Shown here: in pieces, positions 26,558 through 38,096 of the stretch
Layout of the letters: every line of letters starts with the position of its first letter
How positions within the stretch are numbered: the first letter of the stretch is position 1
NCBI GenBank assembly: GCA_002633005.1
Contig: NMRA01000057.1
Location: 956,005 to 1,020,004 of the forward strand
Source: Phoronis australis
Lineage: Eukaryota; Animalia; Phoronida
Length of the DNA: 64,000 nucleotides
Direction of reading: 5' to 3'
Program-made: the position numbers and the translations under genes
Notes under the pieces: generated by a model
Told to the model about the DNA's origin: nothing
Databases searched by the model: none
Seen by the model: only the letters and a program-made list of their open reading frames with translations

Positions 26558-26797
26558 GTAACGAACAGTTTAGGTCAGTTTTGTTTGTAACTTTATTCAT
26601 TAGCATGAAATAAAGAAATTTTTACTGCAACGTGTTTCTATCACGGATAAATTGGCATCGGCTGACCTGTGAAGCCGAGATACAGGGGAAAAAAACTTTC
26701 TGTGTCCAAGCAACTCCGCAATTTCACGGATAGGTGACATCATTTTATCATCAACCACTGTTTTTTTCATCTATTCGCTATTTTAGGGAAATCTGCG

Positions 26798-27045
26798 TTT
26801 TATCGTCTGCTCCCCATAGAGCACAATGCTTTATTGTCTGCTCACCATAGAGCAAAATGTTTTATTGTCTGCTCCCCATAGAGCACAATGTTTTATTGTC
26901 TGCTCCCCATAGAGCACAATGTTTTATTGTCTGCTCCCCATAGAGCACAATGTTTTATTGTCTGCTCCCCATAGAGCACAATGTCTTATCGTCTGCTCCC
27001 CATAGAGCTCAATGTTTTATCGTCTGCTCCCCATAGAGCACAATG
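26798..27045. repeat. 31-bp minisatellite, about 8 copies
   Basis: Unit ttttattgtctgctccccatagagcacaatg, head-to-tail with no spacers. Confidence 0.95.
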
Positions 27046-27781
27046 TATAAATTGGCTTTTTTACACTACTTTTAGTTCTTCATCTCACACATGCTTAACC
27101 AGAAACCGTGGACCCGTCGGTTTCGTCAGTCACAACGATATTTCAGCCATGTTTGCCCTGTTTTACCATTGATTTCTCATTTTTAAAAAGAGGGTGGGGT
27201 CACCGCTGGAACGTCATTAGATATGGCGGCAATAGTGTGAGTACCCATAATGCAACTGGCTTTCAATACGGAGGCCCTTTTAAGTGGTGGTGCACCAGAA
27301 AATAAGAAGTGAACTAGAAAATTCATATCTAGTTAAGTTTGAAAATATCGGCTAAACTAACTTGCGTTAAAGTCCGTTTTTATGAAGTTTTTAACTAAAA
27401 TGAAGTGGATATAGTATCTTTGATAAGGCCAATTCGCGCTGCTCATTAGAACTGTCTGGGAGTTTCGTTCAAGAAAAAATAATGAAAAGTGCGCTTCCAG
27501 TTGTTGGAAACGATGGTCATGTGCTGGTGATTTATTGTCAGCTGCGAATATTCGTTGCTACAGCGCCTGCGTTTGAATTGCCTGCCCACCAACCTGCTCC
27601 GGGGAACTGTTCTCGCTGGCCTGACTGGTGCGCTGGCCCGGGCTTAACAAGGAAACCGAGTGGGTGTTATCATCTTAGTGACCTAGCAACGTGACGCACT
27701 TCCGGATGTTTTCTTCCGCGTAGCTGTTGATAAAGCCATCGTTCCTCAAGTTGCGCTAATGGATGTTCTTTCTCATTTCAG

Positions 27782-27796
27782 CCTCAAGTTCGCCAG
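27782..27796 (+). CDS. 15-nt micro-exon of the stalk
   Basis: ttctttctcatttcag|CCTCAAGTTCGCCAG|gtaagg. Strong splice sites, phase 1-1, reads ASSSP. Confidence 0.6.
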
Positions 27797-28306
27797 GTAA
27801 GGTCTTTTAACTACAGTGTCTCTGATTACTGATGTCCACACACACAGAGAGTTGTTACCAAATCTAGTAGTACATTTTATCCGTCTCCTGTTTTAGTCTT
27901 TCTTTGCTTCAGCTGTGTTTCTACTTCAATCAGTGTACAATATATTCAAGCTGCTATGTGTTGTTGTTGACATGTTTCCATGGGTTGATGTCATTCCGTC
28001 CACTGCGACATTATATATGTAATTCAGCTTTGGCCATCGCATCTGGTTTCGCAAGTTGTTTTTTTATGAGGAAGATATTACTAACACAGTGCGCAGTACT
28101 TCCTCCAAGGTGTCATTTTCAAACTTCACAGGAATTACCCGTTGTTAACTTTTTATACAGGTGCGAAAAATTCCCCAAACATTTTTGAGGATTGTCCATA
28201 TCCATCGTTTTATTTTGGCTTTTGCATTAGTTGGTCCAGTATAGCTTTTGGATTATTTATTTCTTGAAACCAAATAGGGTTCACAATAGCTTACGTAACT
28301 TTGCAG

Positions 28307-28377
28307 GCTCTGCTGCTGCTTCGCACGTTACAAATGTTCTCTGCGCCTGGGTGTCAATGTTTGCTGCTCTGTCGTAA
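28307..28377 (+). CDS. Terminal exon: GPI-anchor-signal-like hydrophobic tail
   Basis: tttgcag|GC TCT...TAA. Reads GSAAASHVTNVLCAWVSMFAALS*: small residues, then a hydrophobic C-terminus with no cytoplasmic tail. Confidence 0.7.
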
Positions 28378-29478
28378 CAGCCGGGAACATTCCAGTGCTA
28401 TGGCTATTCAAAGAGCTATGCGTGAGATAAGTGAGGAAGAAAGCCCTGCCTGGAACATCGAGAAATGCACCGACTTTGCTGTTTTGTTTGGTAATAAACT
28501 TCGTACACAAATTGCTTGGCTGTTCAATCATTTCGCAAACAAATACTGTAATATCGTGAAAGATACAACACTGGTGCCCAAATAAGATGTGGTGACAGAG
28601 TGACTGAACTTGACAAACGTCGCCGTTTCCCCTGGGTCGACCTGTTCCGACAATTTTGACTGGTTTTCGATGACGACTTCCGGATTATAGAGTCGGATTT
28701 ATAAGGAACGCCAACATGTTCTTTTAAGAACGTATGCATGGCATTGTTTCATTCAAGCACATAAGTATATTTTAATATGAACGAGCACACTACACCATTC
28801 TCTGAAGACCCTTCAGGTTGCTACTTCGCCATCAGGTACTAAAATCTGAATGTTTTCTTTCAGCGTCTTCTGGATTCACGCGTGCATTGTAAAGAGACTA
28901 TTGCACTGCACGCGTAGTGAACGAGCGGATTGCACACGTTCTTAAAAGAATGCATTGGTATTCCATAGCTTTACGGCTGCTTGAAACAGTCCCAAATAAG
29001 GACTAAACATATAACTATTTCTGAAAATAATTAAATCTTATTTTAGCAGAAGAACAAATTCTCCTCATAAATATACACATAACTGCCACGTACCGAGATA
29101 AAGTCCGGACTGTGATGCGCTCATATACATGTAATTACTTGGCGAAGTCCTTCTTCAACAAATGTGTGGTGGGAGAGTAAGACCAAAGCTCTGCCTTAAA
29201 TATTAAATCACTATCATGGAACTTTTATTCGAAGTCGAAACCTAGACTGACTCATGATTGACAAAATCTATTAGGCAATCTAAAAATTCCTCCACAGTAA
29301 TTCCCAGCATGTTATTCATGCAAGCGGAGCCATGCTGTTTATAAACGATTTTGAAATTAAGTGTCTATTTCACTACAACCATAACGCACTCCATACTACA
29401 TTGGCTTCACGTCGGCACCCGCCAGTCACTATAATTGAAGAACCCCGTGCAGGGCTTCAGACACGCTCTGTTGCTATC

Positions 29479-29634
29479 TTAGCGTGCCACCCCGGTTATG
29501 GTGACTGTACCTGGCGGTTGTTGAAGAATGATGCCGGAGTTCTTTTTATTTATCATGTTGACCTCTCGTGACAGTTGACACATGACGCATTGGTAACAAC
29601 ACACATCCATGCAACAATCGTCAAAGATGGACCC
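29479..29634 (-). CDS. PLAC8/cornifelin-family gene, terminal exon
   Basis: Minus strand ttttag|GGG TCC...TAA. Reads GSIFDDCCMDVCCYQCVMCQLSREVNMINKKNSGIILQQPPGTVTITGVAR*, matching the PLAC8 C-terminal motif GSIxxD...CCxxCxxCQxxRE. Confidence 0.85.
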   Translation of the reverse strand, partial: GSIFDDCCMDVCCYQCVMCQLSREVNMINKKNSGIILQQPPGTVTITGVAR

Positions 29635-31490
29635 CTAAAATAATCCAGAAACGTTGTTTATCGAAAGTCAAGTTTCACATGATAGGCCTAATCATCAATC
29701 AACATTCGATCAAATGACTTTTAATTATCAGTTCATTGTTAACCTGAAAGCATGTATTTTCTGAATCCCTACTGAGTGAAATATCCGAGTCCATGTCTTA
29801 AGCTGAACGCAAAACAATCGATCATAATCACGTCACGTCTGAAAAGCACCATTTCTTGCTTTGAGCATCCGTGAGTTTCGGTTTCAAACATGCCACAGGC
29901 TTTTTGGCCTCAATAAATGGGGCATCAAAACTTCTTTTTTAAACCGACGATAGAAGTTTTCGATTTTGACACGTGAGTTGTTTAAGAGACAATGAAACAG
30001 CTGACGTGATGGTAAAAACTCACTGATGGCTTTGGGGCTGTTACATGAAAGTGTAAGTGGCCCGGATGACTGGCTTGATGCAACGGGCAAAAAACCACAT
30101 AATGTATTGTACTTATAAGTCAGACATTTGATCTTACGCTCAACACAACTGTTTCTAAATATAATTATATATTACTGGAGCAGAAATGTAGTCTCGGTGT
30201 TCATTAGCTACCGAAGCCAGTATGAACGGGCTAGTTAACTGCGCTGTTTATGTCGACGCTCCGCTCAGACCGGAGTTAAGTCAATATGAAAGGGCCTTGA
30301 TAACATACGTGTAACTGCTATTCACCGAAACAATTTCCATAAATTATTTTTAGATTGCAATTGGCCAATTTTAATCGTTATTGAGAAATTGTAAAGTGGA
30401 AGCGTAATGCCAAATTTTTGTCTCAAGTGTTAAGTCCCTTTCATGAAACAGACCCTAGTTTTGGGATTGATGCCGTGGTATGATACTTTTTACTAGCCCA
30501 CTTTTTAAAAAATTCACCCTACAATAAGAAAAGTGACGCGGGGTTTTCGTTCTGTCCTAGTTAATTCAAACCTGAAGCGACGTGATTGCTCTTGCGCATC
30601 AGGACAGCCAATCACATACAGCATTATTCATCCCCACTGTATTTACATAGTATGAAAAGTCATTAGATGTTGCTGCTCATTTTCCCAGGTTGATGGTATA
30701 ATAATCACCGGCGAGGCTTTGGGTTTGTGGTGGTTGTGACAACACCCATATTTGACAGCGTTGCTGTTTTCACTTTGCCGCGAGAGGGGCTGATACGGCA
30801 CAAGTTTGTACAAGAAACTCGTGTGTTGGTGAACGAAACGCTAGCGTTGGGTGGATTCACTGTCATATGTCACACTCATGTCCGTGGAGCTAAAAAAACG
30901 TTCAAGTCTCATCTATTTTCTCGTTTTTGAGTTGTTGAATTCGCTGTTGTGATATTTTAGCGCAATTCTTTAAAGGAAACTGATGCTGACAGTGTAGGTA
31001 CTTGTCAAAACAAGGTATGTGAAGGTTTAGACCACTACAAAACCCTGCTTGTACGAGTCCTTAAGGCATGTAAAAAAATTCGAAACTTTCATTGGTTAAT
31101 TAATGTCGATGTGGGCAGATGCAGTTACTGAGTATAACCGGGTGTACTCTTCGACCTGTGATACCCTAGACCAATGACCATGAGATAAGTGTGCAAAATT
31201 TTCGTGCAAATTAACCCTCGAACTGAAGAAAATTTGATTGTTAAAATGGTCATAAAGTAGAAAGGCCTGAAACGCGTCTAGTTAAAAGTATTTGCGAGCA
31301 ATTAACGTCGTTTCGAGCAACTCGAAATTTGTGCATTAAACGAAGTGTCGAGGACGACAATGAGACGCTAAAGACATCATAGTGAAACGATTTGTAGGTC
31401 GTCTATTTTGAAGTCTTTTTAAAATAATCGATTTCGTATTAAAATCGTAAATATATACACAAAACGTACCGAGAGTGGTGTACAAGAAGT

Positions 31491-32252
31491 AATATTCCAC
31501 ACTAGACATTATTCCGTGTAACGACCGAGACCGAAGGTCGAGGTCGATACGCGGAATAAGGTCGAGTATTTATTTATTCCATGCGCTTCGAATTCCTAAG
31601 TTTCTTACATTTTTTGGCAAATTTTTCAAATACTTCACCCAGACTGTTCACATGGCGGATCACATCCTATATGTATGTACTTGCGCGTTAGGTTGCAAGG
31701 TTTCTCTTGAAAATTAAGAAACAGTTTTAAAAGTAACAACAGCTTATTATTTAAAATGACTTATTCGTTAAACGATTTATTTCTTGAAAAGAGGTACATG
31801 TAGCAAAGATGAAAACAACGGAAACTGAGCAGTGAACTTGTAACATCTCCTGGAAATAGTTAAAAAACAACAATTTTTGATATTTTATTTTCCTAGGAAT
31901 CGGCGCCTGAGTTGCAGACGATATACATGTAGTATGCAGCAATTGAAAACTCAGAGAAAGTGTCTTATAATTAACAGTTTTGTTCCAGATTTTACGTTTA
32001 GGGCCTGGTTGCTTGTCGAGTGTTAGTTACAGTGTTGTAACTGTATTACTTTAAACTATATTCGGAAAGTTTGATGATCGAACCAAGGAATGTAGTAGTA
32101 ATCGAACCGACTGGAGACGTCGAGTCGACATTGACCTACCTTTTGAACGTTCCATGTCGGAGGTCGCTGTTGAAGTAGTGCGGGAGGTGAATACGGAAAA
32201 CTTTATTTCATGACCGTATTTCCCTCGATAGATTCAACGCGCGTGGGATAAT
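31491..32252. mobile_element. Non-autonomous element with short inverted ends and a long subterminal hairpin (HINE/MITE-like)
   Basis: aatattccacac (31491) versus gcgtgggataat (ending 32252). Hairpin with a 24-bp stem and GAA loop at 31509-31559. Confidence 0.45.
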
Positions 32253-33484
32253 ATGAGATAACATACCAACCCACAAACTTTTAATCATAGCATTAGTAAA
32301 AACAACGAACAAGGAGTCTAATAAATAAAAAACATGTTTGTAAATTTATTTAGGATTGACTGCGAGGCAAAAATGTAAATAGAAAGAAAGTTTACAAAAT
32401 AAAGTACAATGTCGGCTGTTCTTTTTTCTCACGTCAGCCTTCAGCACAACCTGTCGTCGTAACGGTTATGGAATTTTAGTACAAATCGCCATTTCTCTGT
32501 GTTGTCCGTCATATTCGCTGAAATTATTGTGAATGTTGTTACCAATTAAATACCCTTAAAACGCTTTACCATTTTACGAGTGTGCGGACTTACATGTAGC
32601 TCAGCTACAGAGGGTTATGCTTATACTGCAGAAGTACCCGCCGGTTCGCTGATCTACGGTGCTCCTTATTTCAGGACAAAAAAAACCTCTTTTTTGCCCA
32701 CATTGTCCTTCAATTCTTAAAGGTCATCATTGTTTTTACAGCTGAAAAACGCATTTTTGAAATTATTGTTGGGTTGCACCTCTGTGTTGAAGTTATTAGG
32801 TTTCCCCACAGTTATAAAATGAAATCCACCGTCATAGAAAAAAAAGATTTTTGATAGTTTCCGGCGGAGATAGGTTAAGTAATTCGTTTACTCAGAGACT
32901 GCGTGCTTGCATTTCGGGCGTTTCGAACGGCACCAAAGTCAACGAGTGGCGGGTTGTTTCCCGCCGTTTTCAGCTCGGAAGCAGTAGAGTGCAATTCAAA
33001 ACGTCCAAAGTACTTACCGAGGTATTCACTTATTCAGAGAGCGTGTGCCAGCTGTTTCGGACGCAACTCCGACGAGAGAAAGTTGGATAAGGTTTGCAAA
33101 TCCGAAGATGCTTGGCGTTCGACGTCTTCCGACATCCGCCAAATGAAAAACGAGTGGTTTGCATCAGTTTTTGGCCACAGTAAGATTAAAAAACGGACGA
33201 TCGCGGCACAATTATAAAAGTCCATGTTAATTCAGCGATTCGTCTATTCATTAGCCTATTCATCGTTTTCAAAAACGAGTGGATAAATACAGTTCTTGCG
33301 GTTGATTTTGAACCGAGCAGGACCCCCTTTCTTGAAAATACCTGTTCAATTCCGGTACTTGTAAACGGTTGAAATTGGGAATTTTTCCACGGTCATACAC
33401 CTCGACGGTTTCCGCTATGACTTGTGAAAATGTGCATCACATTCCTAAACACTTAAAGTCCAAGAAAACAACTCCCTTTCTTAC

Positions 33485-33578
33485 CTTTGAGACAAAAGAG
33501 AGTTCCGTCGGTCCAGCCGGGATTCTTCCATTAGAATGATTATCCGTATAGAGAGATACAATGTACACGTGCCTGATT
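33485..33578 (-). CDS. Candidate non-homologous internal exon of the PLAC8-like gene
   Basis: Strong sites (ctcttgcag|...AAG|gtaaga), 94 nt, open in the phase 2-0 frame needed to join the flanking exons (IRHVYIVSLYTDNHSNGRIPAGPTELSFVSK). No PLAC8 similarity. Confidence 0.25.
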
Positions 33579-33912
33579 CTGCAAGAGGCTCAAGAGATAC
33601 AGACAAGGAGGTGAAAATCCCACTAAAGAGCACCAAAGGAGTCGGGCGTATAGCCGGGATGCAATCGCGTGAAAATAGTTATCATCATTGCCAATTCATT
33701 CACATGCACCCTCACACAAATATGTGGGTGCGCAAAAATGAAGTGAAAATAAGAATAAGTATTTTTTTCTTGTTACTTGACTGAGGGTAAATTTCGTCAT
33801 AACAATGCGTCCAGTGTAGTGGCTCCAGATATATGATTAAGTACGCCTGGATACATATATGCAGCGTGAGCCAACACTCGCCTGTTCCTAGTCGTAGAGT
33901 TAACCAACTTTC

Positions 33913-34033
33913 ACATAGTGACGTCATCGAAACAGCTGCACTTTCCGCTCGACCATCCGCGCTGACCTTGTACAACGACGCTGGTTGGCACAGTGGGCTG
34001 CTGAACGACAACAGTGTTGGTTGTCACATGAGG
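33913..34033 (-). CDS. PLAC8/cornifelin-family gene, exon with the WxxGxCxCFDD motif (donor anomalous)
   Basis: ctttcag|CCT... reads PHVTTNTVVVQQPTVPTSVVVQGQRGWSSGKCSCFDDVTM. The expected phase-1 donor reads T|GAAAGT instead of GTAAGT. Confidence 0.8.
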
Positions 34034-34489
34034 CTGAAAGAGCAACAGGCAAATACATCTTTACTGTTTTTATAACTTACATTTTAATTTACTTGTCATA
34101 CGCACGGTATCAATCCGTCTCCCATTTTACTGAAGATTTCAAATGAAATCGACAAGAAACCAAGATTTCCACAGAACTGGAAAATGTGGAACCTATTAAA
34201 CGCGTATAACTCGTCAATAATAGCAAAAAAAAAAAACTTTTGATTTAGAGCACTTATCGTTATGAAATTGGTCCTGGATGGTTCCTTAGTCAAATTAGAG
34301 GTGGTCTCTGGACTTCAAAAGAACTGAAAGTTCGTCATTGTTTGATAGGAGGCGCTGCAAATTGGCTTGTCAAAGCGGGTCATTTTCTTATGATGAGCCG
34401 AACAGCGTCTCAAAAAACAACGAACTGTCAGTTCTGTGCTAGATTAGAAAGACCTTCTCATCTGCGCATTAGGAACAAGTTCAGAGACT

Positions 34490-36188
34490 AATTACTCTGC
34501 GCGTGTAAGCGCAGAGTACTGTTGTTCCTGGGTTTTCTTCAATTTTATTCTTATTCTTATTCTTCTTATTCTTCTTATTCTTCTTCCGACCAACTTTGAG
34601 GCTTAATAACTCCAAATTGGGTGCAGGTACGGTCTTTAAATTCAGCATATGACATTTGACAGTAAATAAATTTTGATTGGTTATATAATCATATTCCATA
34701 TTGCACCGAAAGAGGTCGTTTGGTGCAAAGGTCATATAATTTTCAAAATGCTACTCCTCCTTCAGTTTTAAAGCTATCTTTTTCAAATTCGGTGCACAGG
34801 TATAAGTCAAAATGACAATTTAAAATATTACTTTTCTAAGTAATCAGGTTATCCAATCAGGTGAAACAGGTCAAAGGTCACTAGGTGCAAACTAAAATTT
34901 TGAGCTAGGCACTTCAAATTGACAGATCTGATTGCCACATGTGAATCAAATCGGAATCCACAGTATCAGGTCATTTAGTGCAAACATGGGGTCATTAGGT
35001 GCATTTTTCTTCCGAAATTTTGACCTTTTCAATCAGCAAGTATTCTGATGTGTCAACCGTTAGACAACTGTGATTCTCAGCGTTAAACACATTTTCCATG
35101 GGCTTTGCAATAAATCTCCCAAAGATGCTTAAAATGCACCGGATAAGGTCAATTAGTGCAAAGGTCATGTAACGTTCAAAATGTTATATCTCTTTCGTTT
35201 TAAAGGAATTCTTTTCAATTTCAGCGCACAGGTATAAGTCAACATGACAATTTAAAAAGTTACTTTTCTAAGCAATTGGGTCATCCAATCAGGTTAAACA
35301 GGTCAAAGGTCATTAGGTGCAAACTAAAATTTTGAGCTAGGCACTTCAAATTCACAGTTCTGATTGGCACAGATAATTCAATTTGGAATCCAAAGTTTCA
35401 GGTCATTTAGTGCAAACATGGGGTTATTAGGTGCATTTTTCTTCTGAAAATTTGACCTTTTCATTCTCCAAGTACACTGATGTGTCAACCGTTAGACAAC
35501 TGTGATTCTCAGCATTGAACACATTGTTCATGGGCTTTGCAATAATTCTCCTAAAGACGCTTATAATGCACCAGGTAGGGTCAATTAGTGCAAAGGTCAG
35601 TTAACGTTCAAAATGTTATATCTCTTTCGTTTTTCAAGGAATTCTTTTCAATTTCAGCACAGTAGTGTATGTCACCATGCCAATTGAACAACCTACTTAA
35701 CTACGCAATAGGCCTAACCAATCAGAAAAAATAGGTCAAAGGTCATTGAGTGCAAAATTAAAATTTTGAGCTAGAGACTTCAAAATTACATATCTGTTTA
35801 TTAAACGCGATTGAGTTTGAATTCTAAATTTTTGGGTCATTTGGTGTATCCATGGGTTCATTAGGTGCATTTTTCTTCTGAAAGTTTGACCAATTCATTC
35901 ATGTTGTATTCTTAAGTGCTTAGAGCAAAACATCTGTGATTCTTAGCATTAACTATACTTTAAATTGGTTGTACAATTATTCCCTCACTGGGGATCATAA
36001 TGCACCGGAAGAGGTCAGTTCGTGGAAAGGTCATCAAAACATTAACATGTAATTACTCCTACAATTTTAAAGAATTTCTTTTCATATTGGTAAACGGGGT
36101 TGCTGTCAATAACTTCCCGTAACAATTCCTTTAATACGCACGCGCAGAGTCCATTATTGTCACGCCGTGACAATAATCTTTCTAGTTT
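34490..36188 (+). mobile_element. Helentron-associated non-autonomous element (HINE/DINE-1-like) with internal ~433-bp tandem repeats
   Basis: Perfect 12-bp subTIRs actctgcgcgtg (34494-34505) and cacgcgcagagt (36139-36150). Second inverted partial copy at 34509-34517. (TTCTTA/TTC)n microsatellite at about 34545-34586. Repeat anchors at 34723, 35156, 35588, 36022. 3' hairpin 36153-36177, then CTAGTTTT. Confidence 0.8.
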
Positions 36189-37144
36189 TACAGCTGTAAT
36201 TTCTCTAGTTTGACTGGGGGCGAGCTGATAGCGTAATTTGGCAAAAAGGCAGTCATTGAAGTGATGAGCCTGCGAGGATGAAATGCAAACTTATGGAACA
36301 TAATTCATTAAATATGTGATATAAATCACTGTTTCCGTTTACTACGCGAAGATCTCTCGTCCCTAGTGCAAGTTTAACGTCTTGGGAAGGTTCACGGATC
36401 TCAGCACGGCGGTAACAGTTTCAGTGAAATATCATCGGGAACCGATTCAGGAAATAACCTGTGGCTGCATTACGTGTGCAGGGCACTTTTGACATATTTG
36501 CTTTGTGCTCGTAGAATGTGCATAATAACTACATATACATACACTGTAGCCTGCAACCCGTTGAAGACTGAAAACACAAATCACGCAAGACTTCGCGAGA
36601 GGTCGACATTTATTACAAGCAAAGCCACGTGACCACTGAGAAAGTTTATTCGCAGCGAAATTCTTGTATCTACGGAAAGCACACCAGTATTTTGGGCCTT
36701 CTGTTGTCTGTTGTTAACTCGACTGCGAGAGCGTGTGCTTTCCGTAGACGCAAGAACCTCAAGAAAATGTGTAGATCACCCAGAACTTCACGAGATGTCC
36801 GTCGGCATGCATTGCAAGTGAAACATTTGACCACACTAACTTTACTCGCGAGACCCTTACAGAGTCTAGGAACCCAGGCTTTTGTTTTCGCTGTTTCAGT
36901 GAACGCTATAAAGCCGCAGTGAATTTCAACAGACTCCTTTCAGATATTTAGAAACTTTGACGTGGTTCAGTGAGGTTCACTGTCCAACTGCCACAACATT
37001 TGTCAGAGGTTACTGTATTCACTGTTTTGCTTGATTTTCGCACTCAGGGTTGTAAAAACTCCATGAATCACAAACAACGACAATTATCAATTCTGTTGCC
37101 AACGTACCTTTTGATTGATTGCACGCACTGTATTTGGTACTCAC

Positions 37145-37315
37145 CTGCATCATCACGGGGCCTTCATTAGCCCAGGCAGGAGGTGGCCGTTGTTGTACAT
37201 GAAAGGAGGGAGTGTGGTGGTGAAACTGGACCTGGTGTGATGGCGGTGGACCTGAAACACCCGGCTGTGGTGTGAGCTGTTGAAGGGCACCGTCTACCTT
37301 GTTTATGGTATTCAT
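37145..37315 (-). CDS. PLAC8/cornifelin-family gene, first coding exon (Pro/Gln-rich N-terminus)
   Basis: ATG at 37315, 3 nt after a tag acceptor. Reads MNTINKVDGALQQLTPQPGVSGPPPSHQVQFHHHTPSFHVQQRPPPAWANEGPVMMQ|gtgagt; phase 0 matches the next exon. Confidence 0.7.
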
Positions 37316-38096
37316 AATCTATAATAGCGAGTTAAGATGAGCAGTACTTTGTGCCAAACTTGCAAAAATATGCATGTGTCCATAAATAATCATGAAACAC
37401 TAAATCGGTTATGGGACATGGTCTGGTGTCAAAAAACAACTTTCTCTACAGATTAATGGCAATGTCATTGAGTGTTTATCCTTAGCTGGAATTGAAGTTG
37501 GAAGCTCCCTCTGGCGTCCTATATACTTTGGCGGCTGTAACTAACCCGCCGTGACAACTACAAGCCAAGCCAGAACACTAAAGAGATGTTAGTTCTTCAG
37601 TTCCAAGCCTAAAAATCATTTCTAATCTGAGTACGGAACCATAGAGACCGATTTTATATCGGTAAGCGACCTAAATGAAAAGCTGGCACCTTGTTTGATT
37701 CATTACAGAAATACCTGTGCGGGTGAACTAGCAAATGCAAACCACGCAAAAGATTTATGCACTTACAAAATAATCTATAAATCAAAAGTGAGAAAATCAA
37801 TTCTGTTGGTGTGCGTCACCTGTGACCTGTCCATTTTGGGATATTATAGGAAATTTTACGATTACTGGCTCAATGAAATCCATGTTTGATAGGAAATTTT
37901 ATTCATAGGGAATGGATATTGATCAGGATGACCTGTTTTCAGGAATCCGCAACATGAATAATGCGATACAAAAAATATGCTGACTTTATTTTCAACTTTC
38001 GCACTCGAGCGCCTGAAAAGGCATCGGATTTCCACGTCATGTTGGTTGGCAGTTCTCTGAGTCGACTCGTTGTCAAACATAGGACTGTTTCCTTAA

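Larger units (their letters stand above)
230..28377 (+). other. Multi-exon gene span (5'-partial): SRCR x>=4 + CUB + S/T/P stalk + GPI-signal-like tail; DMBT1/scavenger-receptor-like surface protein
   Basis: About 20 GT-AG exons chain in matching phase into one stop-free reading frame ending at TAA 28375-28377. AATAAA at 28493-28498. Confidence 0.85.

Noticed and set aside
22937-26606. Repeated minus-strand ORFs (LPLIDEIVLDACIEEPVEITRTG)
   Set aside because: Antisense shadows of the plus-strand stalk exons, which carry the splice signals.
26798-27045. 31-bp repeats of CRISPR-like length
   Set aside because: Units are head-to-tail with no unique spacers, there are no cas genes, and the context is a eukaryotic intron. 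It is a minisatellite.
28817-28835. Extra Ser/Thr micro-exon candidate
   Set aside because: Downstream of the inferred stop and polyA signal; 19 nt breaks the phase and the donor is weak.
30620-30790. Possible PLAC8 middle or alternative exon on the minus strand
   Set aside because: No frame gives the Cys-rich PLAC8 core; all frames hit stops.
32139-32166. ~27-nt minus-strand micro-exon candidate (caacag...AAG|gtaggt)
   Set aside because: Lies inside a putative mobile element and its phase does not complete the PLAC8-like reading frame.
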